The notes beneath the pieces were generated by a model. The model was not told the origin of the DNA and ran no database searches. It worked only from the letters and a program-made list of their open reading frames with translations. Made by a program: the position numbers and the translations under genes. A DNA stretch of 64,000 nt from Candidatus Magasanikiibacteriota bacterium (GTDB lineage Bacteria; Patescibacteriota; Patescibacteriia; Magasanikbacterales; GWA2-37-8): the NCBI GenBank assembly GCA_041678665.1, contig JBAYNU010000004.1, positions 12,863 to 76,862 on the forward strand, read 5' to 3'. Shown here piece after piece: positions 10,176 through 19,230 of the stretch. Numbering within the stretch: the first letter of the stretch is position 1; each line of letters opens with the position of its first letter.

Positions 10176-11552
10176 TTATCTTTTCAGCTTGCTCATTTTA
10201 ATAATGATTGGAGAGGCGAAAAATCCAAATTGTTCACGGAGTCGATTTTCTAAGAAGTGAATATAAGAGATGTGCACCGAGGTTCTATTTTTTATCATAA
10301 TTTGAAACATCGGGGGATTGTTACGTAGCTGGCTCATGCCCAAGATCTGGGGATGGCGTACGCCAATACCGCGCGTGGGTAGATGTTTTTTGACAGAGCT
10401 TTTTATAAAATTACGCAGAGTTTCTGAAGGAATTTCGGTTTGTCTTCCTTGCCACGCATCCATAATTAGAGGAAAAATTTGGTGGACTTTGTATCCGGTT
10501 TTGGCGCTGACAAAAGCAATCGGCGCAAAATCTAAGTGCGGGAAGCTTTTGTAAATCATATTTTTTACTTCATTGCGGAAAGCGTCGTCGTTTTCATCGG
10601 CGGTATCCCATTTATTTACGATGATAATTACACTTTTGGTATGTTCGCGCAAAAGCCCTGCGAGTTGTTGGTCTTGGTCGGTAATCGGTTCGGCGGCATC
10701 AAGCACGATAAGCACAATATCGGATTTATTAATCATGTCCAAACTTTTGCCGATGCCTTGTTTTTCCAAATTACCGCTGACTTTGGTTTTGCGGCGGATG
10801 CCGGCGGTGTCGACAAATAAAATATTATTTTTTTCATAGCGCACCAAGATATCATGCGGTTCGCGCGTGGTATGAGGCATGTCGGAGACGATGACGCGGT
10901 TTTCTCCAATGAGCTGATTGAATAAAGATGATTTGCCTACATTAGGTCGGCCCACCAGCGCCACTTTGATTGGATTAAGTTCTTTAAGTTGTTTGGGACG
11001 TACCGGCAATTTATTGAATTGTTTAAAAATTAGATCCATTAAGTCTCCGAGGTTGGCGCTGTTAAGACCGGACACCGGAAAGGGCTGACCCAACCCAAGT
11101 TTTAGAAAGTTGTGGTCATGAATACGCAAGCGCAATTCTTCGCTGTCGGCTTTATTGGCGACAAAAATAATTTTTTTCATTTTGTTTTTTGCCAATTTTT
11201 GTAGGCGTTTAGCCAATTCTCTTTCTTGAGTGAGAATTTCTTCTTGAATATCCGTGACAAATAAAATTATATCCGCTTCAGTTAGTGCGATTTCTGTTTG
11301 TTTAATAATATCTTCTTCCAAAGGGACTTGACTATCGAAGGTTAGTCCGCCGGTATCAATAATGCGAAAATTTTTTCCGCGCCAAGAAGCTACCGCTACA
11401 TTGCGAGTACGGGTGGTGCCGGCCACATCAGACACGATGGCCAAGTTTCTTTCCAAGATTTTGTTGAATAAAGTGGATTTACCAACGTTAACTTTGCCTA
11501 CCAAAGCGACGGTGGGGAGATTCTGTTCAATTATTTTGGCTGGAGTAGACAT
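10176..11552 (-). CDS. der: Ribosome-biogenesis GTPase Der (EngA), two GTPase domains + KH-like domain
   Basis: Two G1 motifs VALVGKVNVGKSTLFN and VALVGRPNVGKSSLFN. Confidence 0.9.
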   Translation of the reverse strand: MSTPAKIIEQNLPTVALVGKVNVGKSTLFNKILERNLAIVSDVAGTTRTRNVAVASWRGKNFRIIDTGGLTFDSQVPLEEDIIKQTEIALTEADIILFVTDIQEEILTQERELAKRLQKLAKNKMKKIIFVANKADSEELRLRIHDHNFLKLGLGQPFPVSGLNSANLGDLMDLIFKQFNKLPVRPKQLKELNPIKVALVGRPNVGKSSLFNQLIGENRVIVSDMPHTTREPHDILVRYEKNNILFVDTAGIRRKTKVSGNLEKQGIGKSLDMINKSDIVLIVLDAAEPITDQDQQLAGLLREHTKSVIIIVNKWDTADENDDAFRNEVKNMIYKSFPHLDFAPIAFVSAKTGYKVHQIFPLIMDAWQGRQTEIPSETLRNFIKSSVKKHLPTRGIGVRHPQILGMSQLRNNPPMFQIMIKNRTSVHISYIHFLENRLREQFGFFASPIIIKMSKLKR

Positions 11553-11557
11553 AGTGT

Positions 11558-11630
11558 TGATAGCTATTAGCTTACAGCTTTTAGCTTTTAGAAATTAAGT
11601 ACCTAACAGCTACACGCTATCAGCTTCACC
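11558..11630. repeat. Repeat family C copy C1 (TAGCTNNNAGCTTTTAGCT-type)
   Basis: gatagctattagcttacagcttttagcttttag...cagctacacgctatcagctt. Related to 35685-35768 and 41909-41940. Confidence 0.5.
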
Positions 11631-11632
11631 GT

Positions 11633-13198
11633 TTATTGTTTATCTTCTCCTAGAATTACTAGAATATCCGTATCCGGGCGATATTTGAGACCAATTTCAA
11701 TATTAGCAGTATCGGGATAATCGTAAGCTTCCATTAACCAATCTGGCAAAGTAGCGGTAGATTTAATGCCCAGTTCTTTTTCTAAGTTATTAATAATTTC
11801 GGTAGCAGCGGTCTGATTGATAATATAAATTGCAGTTTTTTCCAGAGGACGTTTAGAGCTGTTGCCGATAGTGGCGATAGTAAATCCTTGAGCCTCAAGC
11901 TGGGCTTGATATTTGGCCGCTAAACCTACACGCCAAGTACCGTTTTGAAGTTCAATTTTGGCGGTGGAAAATACCGATTGATTAGCCGGTGTAGATATCA
12001 CAGAATCGGTGGTGGCGACAGTCTGTGAATTATTTTCTGTGAAAACATTTTTAATTGCCAGGTTAATATTATTAAAATTTTCATTTTTTGGTCCTAATAA
12101 AAAAGCGCCGTTTTGTCCAAAGTAGGAATAGAGAAATCCATCGGGAGAATTATCCAGTACTAAGGTTTTAAAATTATTATTCATTTCGCGCGCTAGGCCG
12201 GCTAAGTACATAATTTGTCCAAAGTTTAGGTTGGTAATAATGTGGCTGGAAAGAGTATTTAGCATTTCTTGAACTTTGACGGGATTGGTATAAGTTCCAA
12301 AAGATAATAGGCGATCTTTAAGCGCTGAAATAACCTGCTGTTGGCGTTTGGAACGCGCAAAATCAGAACCCTCACCGTTGTTACCATGGCGAGAGCGCGC
12401 ATATTCCAAAGCCCGTTGTCCACTCATGGTTTGGATACCGGCAACGAAACTTATTGGTCTATAAGAGTTGTTTTCACCCGGAAATTCATTATCGGAAAAA
12501 GCGCGTGGCACATCAATGGTAATGCCACCCACGGCATTGATTAAATCTTCAAATGCTTGAAAGTCAACTCGAATATAGTAGGGAATGTCTAAATTAAAAG
12601 TATCGGCGAAAGTTTCACGCGCCAATTCACCGCCGGTGCCGGTAGCTTGCGCTTCGCCATAGGCATTGGCATAATTTATTTTATTAATACCATGCCCATC
12701 AATCTTTACTCCCAAATCGCGCGGTACCGATATCATGGCAATTTGTTTAGTGCTAGGTTTAATGCTAACTATAATATTGGTGTCGGTAAGATAAGGCCCA
12801 TCGTGACCGACTCCTCCCATGCCTAACAGCAAGATGTTTATTCGGTCGGTCGCTTCTCCATCCAAAACATTCTCCGATTTGAAGATATAATTTTTTACCG
12901 TTTGTAAAAAACCCACTCGGCGCGGCTTGAGAGTAATAGGATCATAAACAGTTGGGTCATCAGGCATGTCGGAGAGAGAATAGTGGCGGACGCCGCAGTT
13001 GACTCCGACGACTAAAATTATTAATAAAATAAAATACAGCCACCAGTGTTTTTTACGAGGTGGTTGTTCGTGTAAATGATGATTGCGCGGTCTGAGGAAA
13101 TTCGTCGGATGGGGGGGGAGATATGGTTTACCGGGAAAGTCCTGATGATTATCGATTATTTCTTCATCTTTATCCATACGGGGAGTATTATAGCACAA
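11633..13198 (-). CDS. LytR-CpsA-Psr (LCP) family cell-envelope phosphotransferase, N-terminal TM anchor
   Basis: TM segment WWLYFILLIILVVGV, LCP core (SVPRDLGVKIDGHGINKINYANAYGE) and a LytR_C-like tail. Confidence 0.75.
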   Translation of the reverse strand: MCYNTPRMDKDEEIIDNHQDFPGKPYLPPHPTNFLRPRNHHLHEQPPRKKHWWLYFILLIILVVGVNCGVRHYSLSDMPDDPTVYDPITLKPRRVGFLQTVKNYIFKSENVLDGEATDRINILLLGMGGVGHDGPYLTDTNIIVSIKPSTKQIAMISVPRDLGVKIDGHGINKINYANAYGEAQATGTGGELARETFADTFNLDIPYYIRVDFQAFEDLINAVGGITIDVPRAFSDNEFPGENNSYRPISFVAGIQTMSGQRALEYARSRHGNNGEGSDFARSKRQQQVISALKDRLLSFGTYTNPVKVQEMLNTLSSHIITNLNFGQIMYLAGLAREMNNNFKTLVLDNSPDGFLYSYFGQNGAFLLGPKNENFNNINLAIKNVFTENNSQTVATTDSVISTPANQSVFSTAKIELQNGTWRVGLAAKYQAQLEAQGFTIATIGNSSKRPLEKTAIYIINQTAATEIINNLEKELGIKSTATLPDWLMEAYDYPDTANIEIGLKYRPDTDILVILGEDKQ

Positions 13199-13393
13199 CC
13201 GGTCAAAATTTCAACCCAGTACTTTGGCGGGCTTGATTTTTGTTTTAAATGGTGTTATTATAGTTGGGAGCTTTTATTGTCCTGATATTTTATCGGCGAG
13301 AATCATTAAAATATCAATGATTTGTTAGGTTTTAGTTTTGAGGTCGTCGGGGATGCTTAAAAAGTAAAAAACAGGGTTGGAACTTTATTTTAC

Positions 13394-13467
13394 GGACTCA
13401 TAGCTCAGTTGGTTAGAGCGTACGGTTCACATCCGTAAGGTCAGAGGTTCGAGCCCTCTTGAGTCCA
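13394..13467 (+). tRNA. tRNA-Val (anticodon CAC by manual fold)
   Basis: Cloverleaf: GGACTCA acceptor, D-arm GCTC/GAGC, anticodon stem TACGG/CCGTA with loop TTCACAT, T-arm AGAGG-TTCGAGC-CCTCT. No encoded CCA. Confidence 0.8.
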
Positions 13468-13500
13468 CCGGGGAGGGGTTTTGCATTTTGATTTATTTAT

Positions 13501-14007
13501 ATGCCTATCAATATTTTGAAGGAAAATGTAAATCTGGGCAAAATAATGTTCCAATGGAGCATCAAAGAATACGAAAAATTTGAGCGTGAGCGCAGTTGGT
13601 ATATTTTGGTAGCTATTATTGGTATCGCCCTTTTATCTTATGCTATCATTGTTGCTAATTATTTGTTTGCCTTGATTTTGGTGCTTTTGGGAATAATTTC
13701 TTTTTTGCACGAGATGCAAGATCCGATGGATGTGCCTTTTGCCATTACCGAGATAGGGATTGTGTTGGGCGGTAAATTTTATCGTTATAGCGAAATTAAG
13801 AATTTTTGGATAATCTATAACCCACCGGAAGTAAAGAAATTATATTTTTCCACTGATGCGGTTTTGCGTGGCGTGATTCAAGTTCCACTTTTGGATTACG
13901 ACCCTCGTCCGATCCGACAATTCCTTAGTCAGTATTTGTTAGAGGATTTAACTCAAGAAGAAGAACCACTAGGAGATATGATCGCGCGTCGGTGGCAAAT
14001 ACATTAA
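13501..14007 (+). CDS. Hypothetical membrane protein (2 TM)
   Basis: ORF with hydrophobic helices. Terminator palindrome follows at 14017-14045. Confidence 0.5.
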   Translation: MPINILKENVNLGKIMFQWSIKEYEKFERERSWYILVAIIGIALLSYAIIVANYLFALILVLLGIISFLHEMQDPMDVPFAITEIGIVLGGKFYRYSEIKNFWIIYNPPEVKKLYFSTDAVLRGVIQVPLLDYDPRPIRQFLSQYLLEDLTQEEEPLGDMIARRWQIH

Positions 14008-14016
14008 GTAAAAATC

Positions 14017-14045
14017 CCGACAATTGTCGGGATTAGTTTAAAAAA
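14017..14045 (+). terminator. Perfect 22-nt palindrome AATCCCGACAATTGTCGGGATT + T/A run
   Basis: Seen in the sequence. Confidence 0.55.
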
Positions 14046-14050
14046 TTTAG

Positions 14051-14122
14051 GACCTCGTCGTTCAATGGATAGGACATTAGCCTGCGAAGCTGAAAATCCA
14101 GGTTCGACTCCTGGCGGGGTCA
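14051..14122 (+). tRNA. tRNA, probably Arg (anticodon loop CTGCGAA gives GCG by manual fold; anticodon assignment uncertain)
   Basis: Acceptor GACCTCG/CGGGGTC (one GU pair), T-arm CCAGG-TTCGACT-CCTGG, anticodon stem TTAGC/GCTGA. Confidence 0.6.
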
Positions 14123-14123
14123 C

Positions 14124-14163
14124 AAATAAAAATATCTCAACCGAGTTGAGATATTTTTATTTG
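14124..14163 (+). terminator. Perfect hairpin AAATAAAAATATCTCAAC-CGAG-GTTGAGATATTTTTATTT after the tRNA
   Basis: 18-bp perfect inverted repeat with flanking T/A runs. Confidence 0.7.
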
Positions 14164-14263
14164 TGTTCTGTCTGGGAGTCGAACAGGGAGGGGTTTGGGG
14201 AACGGTAGTTTTTATTCGTTATGGGATTTTGTGTTTTTATTTTAAGGGTGATAGAATTAACGC

Positions 14264-16423
14264 ATGATTGATTTATCCGCCAAAATTATCGCTCTTAATC
14301 GCGTGGGCAAAACACTGGCTCGGCGATTTAAGTATTTAGGGATTGTAACCGCTCAAGACCTGCTTTTTTATTTTCCTTTTCGCTATGAAGATTATCGTCA
14401 GATTGTGCCGATAAAAGATTTGAGCGACGGCGCCATGGTAACGGTGCAGGCAAAGATTGAATTAATTGCTAACAGGCGCAGCTGGAAAAAGCATAAGATG
14501 ATTACCGAGGCTTTGGTAGCTGATGATACGGGCAGTGTAAGGGTGGTGTGGTTTAATCAGCCATATATCGCCAAGACTTTGAAAATTGGTGATGCGGTTT
14601 TTTTATCAGGCAAGGTTAAGTCAGATATGCTCGGATCGCAATTAGTAAATCCAATGTATGAAAAAGTCGGTCAAGGCGATTCCACCCACACGGCGCGTTT
14701 AGTGCCAATATATCCTCTTACTGCCGGCATCACGCAAAAGCAGCTGCGTTTTTTGATGGGGCAAGTTATTGGATTGGCGGAGAGTGCGAAAGAGTGGCTG
14801 CCGGATGAAATTTTGGAGAAGTATGATTTAGTGGATTTGCCCCATGCGTTGCGGGGCGTTCATTTTCCCCATGATGAGAACGACCTTAAGCAGAGTACCA
14901 ATCGGCTTAAGTTTGGGGAATTATTTTTACTGCAAATGAAAGCCGCGCGGGCGCGTTTGGCTAAGGTAAGCCAAAAAGCGTCAATACTCACATTTCCCGA
15001 AGCACAAATTAAGGAGTTTGTCAAGGGTTTGCCATTTGCCCTTACTCGGGCGCAAAAGGTGGCGGCATGGGAGATTTTGCAGGATTTAGCCAAGCCCACT
15101 CCTATGAATCGTTTGCTTTCAGGCGACGTGGGGAGCGGTAAAACTGTAGTAGCGGCGATGGCGATGTATAGTGCCGCTCTTAACGGATATCAAGCGGTTT
15201 TAATGGCGCCAACCGAAATACTTGCGCGACAGCATTATGATTCAGTGAGTAAGATGTTGGGGGATAAAGTGAGTATTGGACTTTTGACTAGGAGTCAGAT
15301 TGAAAAATCCCAAATTCAAAATGACAAATTACAAATAAATTCAAAATTACAAATTACAAAAATAAAAAAAGATTTATTAAATAATATTAAGTTAGGAGAA
15401 ATAAAAATCGTCATCGGCACGCATACTTTGCTTTCGGAAAAAGTGGAGTTTCAAAATCTTGGTCTTACGATTATCGATGAACAGCATCGTTTCGGGGTGG
15501 AACAGAGAAAGACCATCAAAGAGAAGATGGTGGATGCCGATACTACCCGGTCGCATTTTCTTTCTATGACTGCGACGCCGATTCCGCGGTCACTGGCGCT
15601 TTTGCTATATGGAGATTTAGAGCTGTCGGTGTTAAATGAAATGCCGCCCGGGCGCAAGAAAATTATTACCAAGTTAGTGGAGCCGGCTAAGCGCGCCAAA
15701 GCGTATGATTTTATTGACAAACAAGTGAAAGCCGGTAGGCAAGTGTTTGTGGTGTGTCCATTGATTGAAGAACAAGGAATAAAGAATAAGGAAAAAAGCG
15801 AAATGGAAAATAATAATTCCTTACTCCTTACTCCTTACTCCTTTGTGTCAGAAAAAAAATCAGTAATGTCCGAATACGAAAAACTTTCCAAAAAAATATT
15901 TCCTGATTTACGGGTGGCGTATTTGCATGGCAAACTAAAGGAGAAGGACGAAGTGATGCGCGCGTTTAAAGATGACAAGTATGATATCTTAATTTCCACA
16001 TCAGTCGTTGAGGTAGGGGTGGACGTGCCCAACGCCAGTGTGATGATGATTGAAGGGGCGGACAGATTTGGCTTGGCGCAGTTGCATCAATTTCGCGGGC
16101 GGGTGGGTAGAGCCGAGCATCAATCGTATTGTTTGTTGTTTACCGATAATAATACTGCGCGCGTGCAGGAACGTCTGCGTTATTTTGAACAGCACCACGA
16201 TGGATTTAAACTCGCGGAAAAAGATTTGGAAATGCGCGGTCCGGGCGAAGTTTATGGCACCCAGCAGAGCGGAATGATGAATCTGCGTTTAGCCACTTTG
16301 GCTGATCGGGATTTAATAAAAAAAGCGCGGGAAAGCGCGCAAGAAATTATTGCGCATTTAGATAAATTTCCGATTTTAAAAAAGAAAGTGGAGAAGTTTG
16401 GCAAAGAGGTGCATTTAGAGTAG
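14264..16423 (+). CDS. recG: ATP-dependent DNA helicase RecG
   Basis: Wedge/OB N-domain, helicase motif I GDVGSGKTVVA, DEQH box, TATPIPRSLAL, HQFRGRVGRAEHQSYC. Contains in-frame repeat B1 and a cttactc x3 microsatellite. Confidence 0.9.
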   Translation: MIDLSAKIIALNRVGKTLARRFKYLGIVTAQDLLFYFPFRYEDYRQIVPIKDLSDGAMVTVQAKIELIANRRSWKKHKMITEALVADDTGSVRVVWFNQPYIAKTLKIGDAVFLSGKVKSDMLGSQLVNPMYEKVGQGDSTHTARLVPIYPLTAGITQKQLRFLMGQVIGLAESAKEWLPDEILEKYDLVDLPHALRGVHFPHDENDLKQSTNRLKFGELFLLQMKAARARLAKVSQKASILTFPEAQIKEFVKGLPFALTRAQKVAAWEILQDLAKPTPMNRLLSGDVGSGKTVVAAMAMYSAALNGYQAVLMAPTEILARQHYDSVSKMLGDKVSIGLLTRSQIEKSQIQNDKLQINSKLQITKIKKDLLNNIKLGEIKIVIGTHTLLSEKVEFQNLGLTIIDEQHRFGVEQRKTIKEKMVDADTTRSHFLSMTATPIPRSLALLLYGDLELSVLNEMPPGRKKIITKLVEPAKRAKAYDFIDKQVKAGRQVFVVCPLIEEQGIKNKEKSEMENNNSLLLTPYSFVSEKKSVMSEYEKLSKKIFPDLRVAYLHGKLKEKDEVMRAFKDDKYDILISTSVVEVGVDVPNASVMMIEGADRFGLAQLHQFRGRVGRAEHQSYCLLFTDNNTARVQERLRYFEQHHDGFKLAEKDLEMRGPGEVYGTQQSGMMNLRLATLADRDLIKKARESAQEIIAHLDKFPILKKKVEKFGKEVHLE
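15301..15358 (+). repeat. Repeat family B copy B1 (AAATCCCAAATTCAAAATGACAAATTACAAATAAATTCAAAATTACAAATTAC), in frame in recG
   Basis: Near-identical to the reverse complement of 19034-19095 in radA, and related to 34733-34800. Encodes KSQIQNDKLQINSKLQ. Confidence 0.7.
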
Positions 16424-16496
16424 GGACCACGCTTGCCCGCCTTTGGCGGGAATCTTACGACACGAATCACACGAATTTGTGTATATTAGTGGTCCA

Positions 16497-16524
16497 TTGA
16501 CAAATGTGGTATTTTTGATATACT
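16497..16524 (+). promoter_or_regulatory. sigma70-like promoter: TTGACA, 16-nt spacer, TGaTATACT extended -10
   Basis: Seen in the sequence. About 85-nt GC-rich leader before the ORF at 16611, which has an AAGAGGAG RBS. Confidence 0.55.
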
Positions 16525-16610
16525 ATGTTTTAGTTCATTTTATATTGGGAGGAACTGTAGGGGGGTCTACAATTCCGTTTTTAATAGCTGGTTAAAAGAG
16601 GAGAACGAGG

Positions 16611-17003
16611 ATGGATTCGAATTGCTTGTCATTATTGGACAAGAGAGCGATTGCTGATCTGGCTTTAAAAGCGATTGAGTTCGCAAATAAGGGTAACTTT
16701 TCGTTAGCCCATATTACACAGCCAGAACGTTTTTCGCAGGTAAAGCCATGTATTTTCGTTGCTGTTGCCGGCGAAGAAACCCCCGACATGTTAAGAGGGG
16801 CAAGAATTTTATCAAAAATGAGCGATAGAGAGTTCGGTATGCTGACCAAAAAAATTGAGGACGACACAGGGGTTAAGGTCGGGGATTTTCTCACGACTCG
16901 GAAAAAAATGGTGATAAAATTCGAAGGCAATGCGAAAGAAAAAAGTGTGACCCGGAAATCGGCATCCACACGCCGGCATTCCAACAGTGAAGCAGTGCTA
17001 TAA
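16611..17003 (+). CDS. Hypothetical protein (130 aa)
   Basis: Strong Shine-Dalgarno AAGAGGAG 6 nt upstream. The fully overlapping opposite-strand ORF 16592..16984 was rejected. Confidence 0.55.
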   Translation: MDSNCLSLLDKRAIADLALKAIEFANKGNFSLAHITQPERFSQVKPCIFVAVAGEETPDMLRGARILSKMSDREFGMLTKKIEDDTGVKVGDFLTTRKKMVIKFEGNAKEKSVTRKSASTRRHSNSEAVL

Positions 17004-17012
17004 AAGGTAGGA

Positions 17013-17060
17013 TTTATACTCAGGCGCCGTCGCGGTCGTGTTCCCCCACGACCCCGGCGC
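17013..17060 (+). terminator. GC-rich hairpin (GCGCCGTCGCGGTCGTG...CACGACCCCGGCGC) followed by TTGTTTTTTT
   Basis: Seen in the sequence. Confidence 0.6.
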
Positions 17061-17141
17061 TTGTTTTTTTATCTATTTTTATATATTGGCTAAATTTGTT
17101 AATTGAGTTATAATGCTAGTATGATAACTAAATGATAAATT

Positions 17142-17759
17142 ATGTCTAATTTTAGAGAAGGAGCCGGGGGTGAACCACTTGTTGATCCGATGGCTTTGGA
17201 AAGTTTGAGCAACAAGGAAGTTGTTGGGTTAAAATGGCCGGTTGAAGCCATTAGTTCGGTTATTCCCAAGCATTATCAAGACAAAAATAGCTACGGATTT
17301 TTATCACCGGAAAATAAACATGGCAACGAATTATTGTTGTGCGTATATCGCAAAGGCAAAACAGCCAAGGGTGCGGAAGCTGATTTTTATTTTGGTGAAG
17401 AGACTATAGACGAAGAATTATTAAAGCAATTGAAAGGCAAAGGCCGTCCAGAGTTTTTTGTGCATCTAGGTAAAATGAATAATGAACCGCAAACATTGGT
17501 TTTGCACAGCATTGATTTGGCGCAAGCCAGCCGTGGGCAGGGGATTGGAGCGGAATTTAACCAAAGATTACTTATTATAGCAAAACAGCTTGGTTTTAAT
17601 AAAATTGTGGTCTCGGTGGTGAACGAGTCGGCTAAGAATTTGTATAAAAGTTTGGGATTTACTTCGGCTACCGGGGAGACCTTGAGAAATATGAAAATAC
17701 AAGGTATTTATACCCGCGATCCCAATAAGAAGGAATATCCGATGGTGCGGATTATTTAA
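17142..17759 (+). CDS. GNAT-family N-acetyltransferase with N-terminal extension
   Basis: Acetyl-CoA motif A (ASRGQGIGAEFNQRLL...AKNLYKSLGF). Confidence 0.65.
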   Translation: MSNFREGAGGEPLVDPMALESLSNKEVVGLKWPVEAISSVIPKHYQDKNSYGFLSPENKHGNELLLCVYRKGKTAKGAEADFYFGEETIDEELLKQLKGKGRPEFFVHLGKMNNEPQTLVLHSIDLAQASRGQGIGAEFNQRLLIIAKQLGFNKIVVSVVNESAKNLYKSLGFTSATGETLRNMKIQGIYTRDPNKKEYPMVRII

Positions 17760-19230
17760 TGATTTTTTCTACTACTTCAATCACATTTTTCACCGGCGCG
17801 AGTTTGAGGCCGGTGATTTTGTTTTCGTCGGATAAAGAGGGGGTAACAGCGTAAGAGAAACCCAGTTTTTTTATTTCTTCCAAGCGTTTTTTGGTTTGGG
17901 GCACTCCGCGTACTTCGCCGGCTAAGCCCACTTCGCCAAAAGCGGCGAGTCCTGATGGCAGAGTTTTATTTTGAATAGCCGAAGCTACCGCGAGTACTAC
18001 CGCGAGATCAGCTGCTGGTTCGTCGGCCTCCATTCCACCGACAACATTTAAATAAACATCATAACTATCCAAAGGCAATCCGGCGCGTTTGGTTAAAATG
18101 CCAATGAGTACTTGCAGGCGGTTGAGATCAAAGCCACTGGCGCGACGTTGCGGATAGCCGAAATTTGTTTTGGTGACTAGCGCTTGAATTTCTATAAGTA
18201 TTGGCCGCGTGCCTTCCATTAAACAAGTAACTGCCGTGCCCGGCACATTTTCGGCGCGACCGGATAAAAAAGCTTGGCTGGGATTAGCGACTTCTATTAA
18301 TCCAAGTTCACGCATTTCAAAAATTCCCACTTCATCGGTTGAGCCAAACCGATTTTTAACCGCGCGCAAGATGCGAAATCCATGAAAGCGGTCGCCTTCC
18401 AAATATAAAACCGTGTCCACCAAATGTTCCAAAGTTTTTGGTCCGGCTACTTCGCCGCCTTTGGTTACTTGGCCGATTAAAATAATAGTGGTGCCGGTAG
18501 TTTTGGCTATGGCCATCAGTTTGGTGGCGCAGGCGCGGATTTGGTTGACATTACCCGGCGCGCCTTCGGCTTCGTCGGAGTAGAGTGTTTGAATAGAATC
18601 GATGATGACGAGGGCTGGTCGTCCGTTGTCATTCTGAGCGGAGCGTAGCGGAGTCGAAGAATCCCTTTCCGTTTTTGTTTTAAGAGATCCTTCGCTATGC
18701 TCAGGATGACAGTTGTTGATCGTCGCGATCACACTCTCCACATTCGTGGCGCTGACAAAGCGCAATAAAGAGGTATTTATTTTTAGTCGATCAGCCCGCA
18801 GTTTGATTTGTTCAGCGGATTCTTCGCCGGAGATGTATAGCGTATTGGCGACCGCCTGCGCTAATTGTAATGCCAAGGTAGATTTGCCGATGCCCGGTTC
18901 GCCACCCAAAAGTATTAAGCTCCCCGGCACAAATCCACCACCCAGTACCCGGTCAAGTTCGCCTATGCCGGATTTGGTTCGCAAAGTATTAGACGATTTA
19001 ATTTCATCCAATCTCGTCGTTTTTAATGGTTCGTAATTTGAATTTTGAATTTTGGAATTTATTTGGAATTTGTCATTTGAAATTTGGGATTTTTCCAAAG
19101 TTCCCCATTTACCACATTCCAAACATCTACCCGCCCATTTAGAATATTGCGCGTCGCAGTTGGAGCAAACAAATTGGATATTATTTTTGGTCATATTAAT
19201 GGCAAGCAGCGGACATTCTTGGTTTTTCAA
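17752..19230 (-). CDS. radA: DNA repair protein RadA/Sms
   Basis: Zinc finger CSNCDAQYSKWAGRCLECGKW, Walker A GGEPGIGKSTL, Lon-like C-domain. The real start is probably the internal MTKNN. Carries in-frame repeats A2 and B2. Confidence 0.9.
   Translation of the reverse strand: MKNQECPLLAINMTKNNIQFVCSNCDAQYSKWAGRCLECGKWGTLEKSQISNDKFQINSKIQNSNYEPLKTTRLDEIKSSNTLRTKSGIGELDRVLGGGFVPGSLILLGGEPGIGKSTLALQLAQAVANTLYISGEESAEQIKLRADRLKINTSLLRFVSATNVESVIATINNCHPEHSEGSLKTKTERDSSTPLRSAQNDNGRPALVIIDSIQTLYSDEAEGAPGNVNQIRACATKLMAIAKTTGTTIILIGQVTKGGEVAGPKTLEHLVDTVLYLEGDRFHGFRILRAVKNRFGSTDEVGIFEMRELGLIEVANPSQAFLSGRAENVPGTAVTCLMEGTRPILIEIQALVTKTNFGYPQRRASGFDLNRLQVLIGILTKRAGLPLDSYDVYLNVVGGMEADEPAADLAVVLAVASAIQNKTLPSGLAAFGEVGLAGEVRGVPQTKKRLEEIKKLGFSYAVTPSLSDENKITGLKLAPVKNVIEVVEKIIK
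18628..18712. repeat. Repeat family A copy A2, complete 85-bp imperfect palindrome, in frame in radA
   Basis: GTCATTCTGAGCGGAGCGTAGCGGAGTCGAAGAATCCC...GAGATCCTTCGCTATGCTCAGGATGAC. Encodes HPEHSEGSLKTKTERDSSTPLRSAQNDNG. Confidence 0.75.
19034..19095 (-). repeat. Repeat family B copy B2 (reverse orientation), in frame in radA
   Basis: Reverse complement matches the recG copy. Encodes KSQISNDKFQINSKIQ. Confidence 0.7.

Noticed and set aside
15814-15840. CCTTACT x3-4 tandem microsatellite in recG
   Set aside because: It is a short in-frame slippage-type repeat (peptide LLLTPYS). This is more likely simple expansion than a functional element; it is noted but not called.
16592-16984. 130-aa minus-strand ORF fully overlapping the plus-strand ORF 16611..17003
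   Set aside because: The plus-strand ORF has a strong AAGAGGAG RBS and an upstream promoter. The minus ORF has neither and is its shadow.
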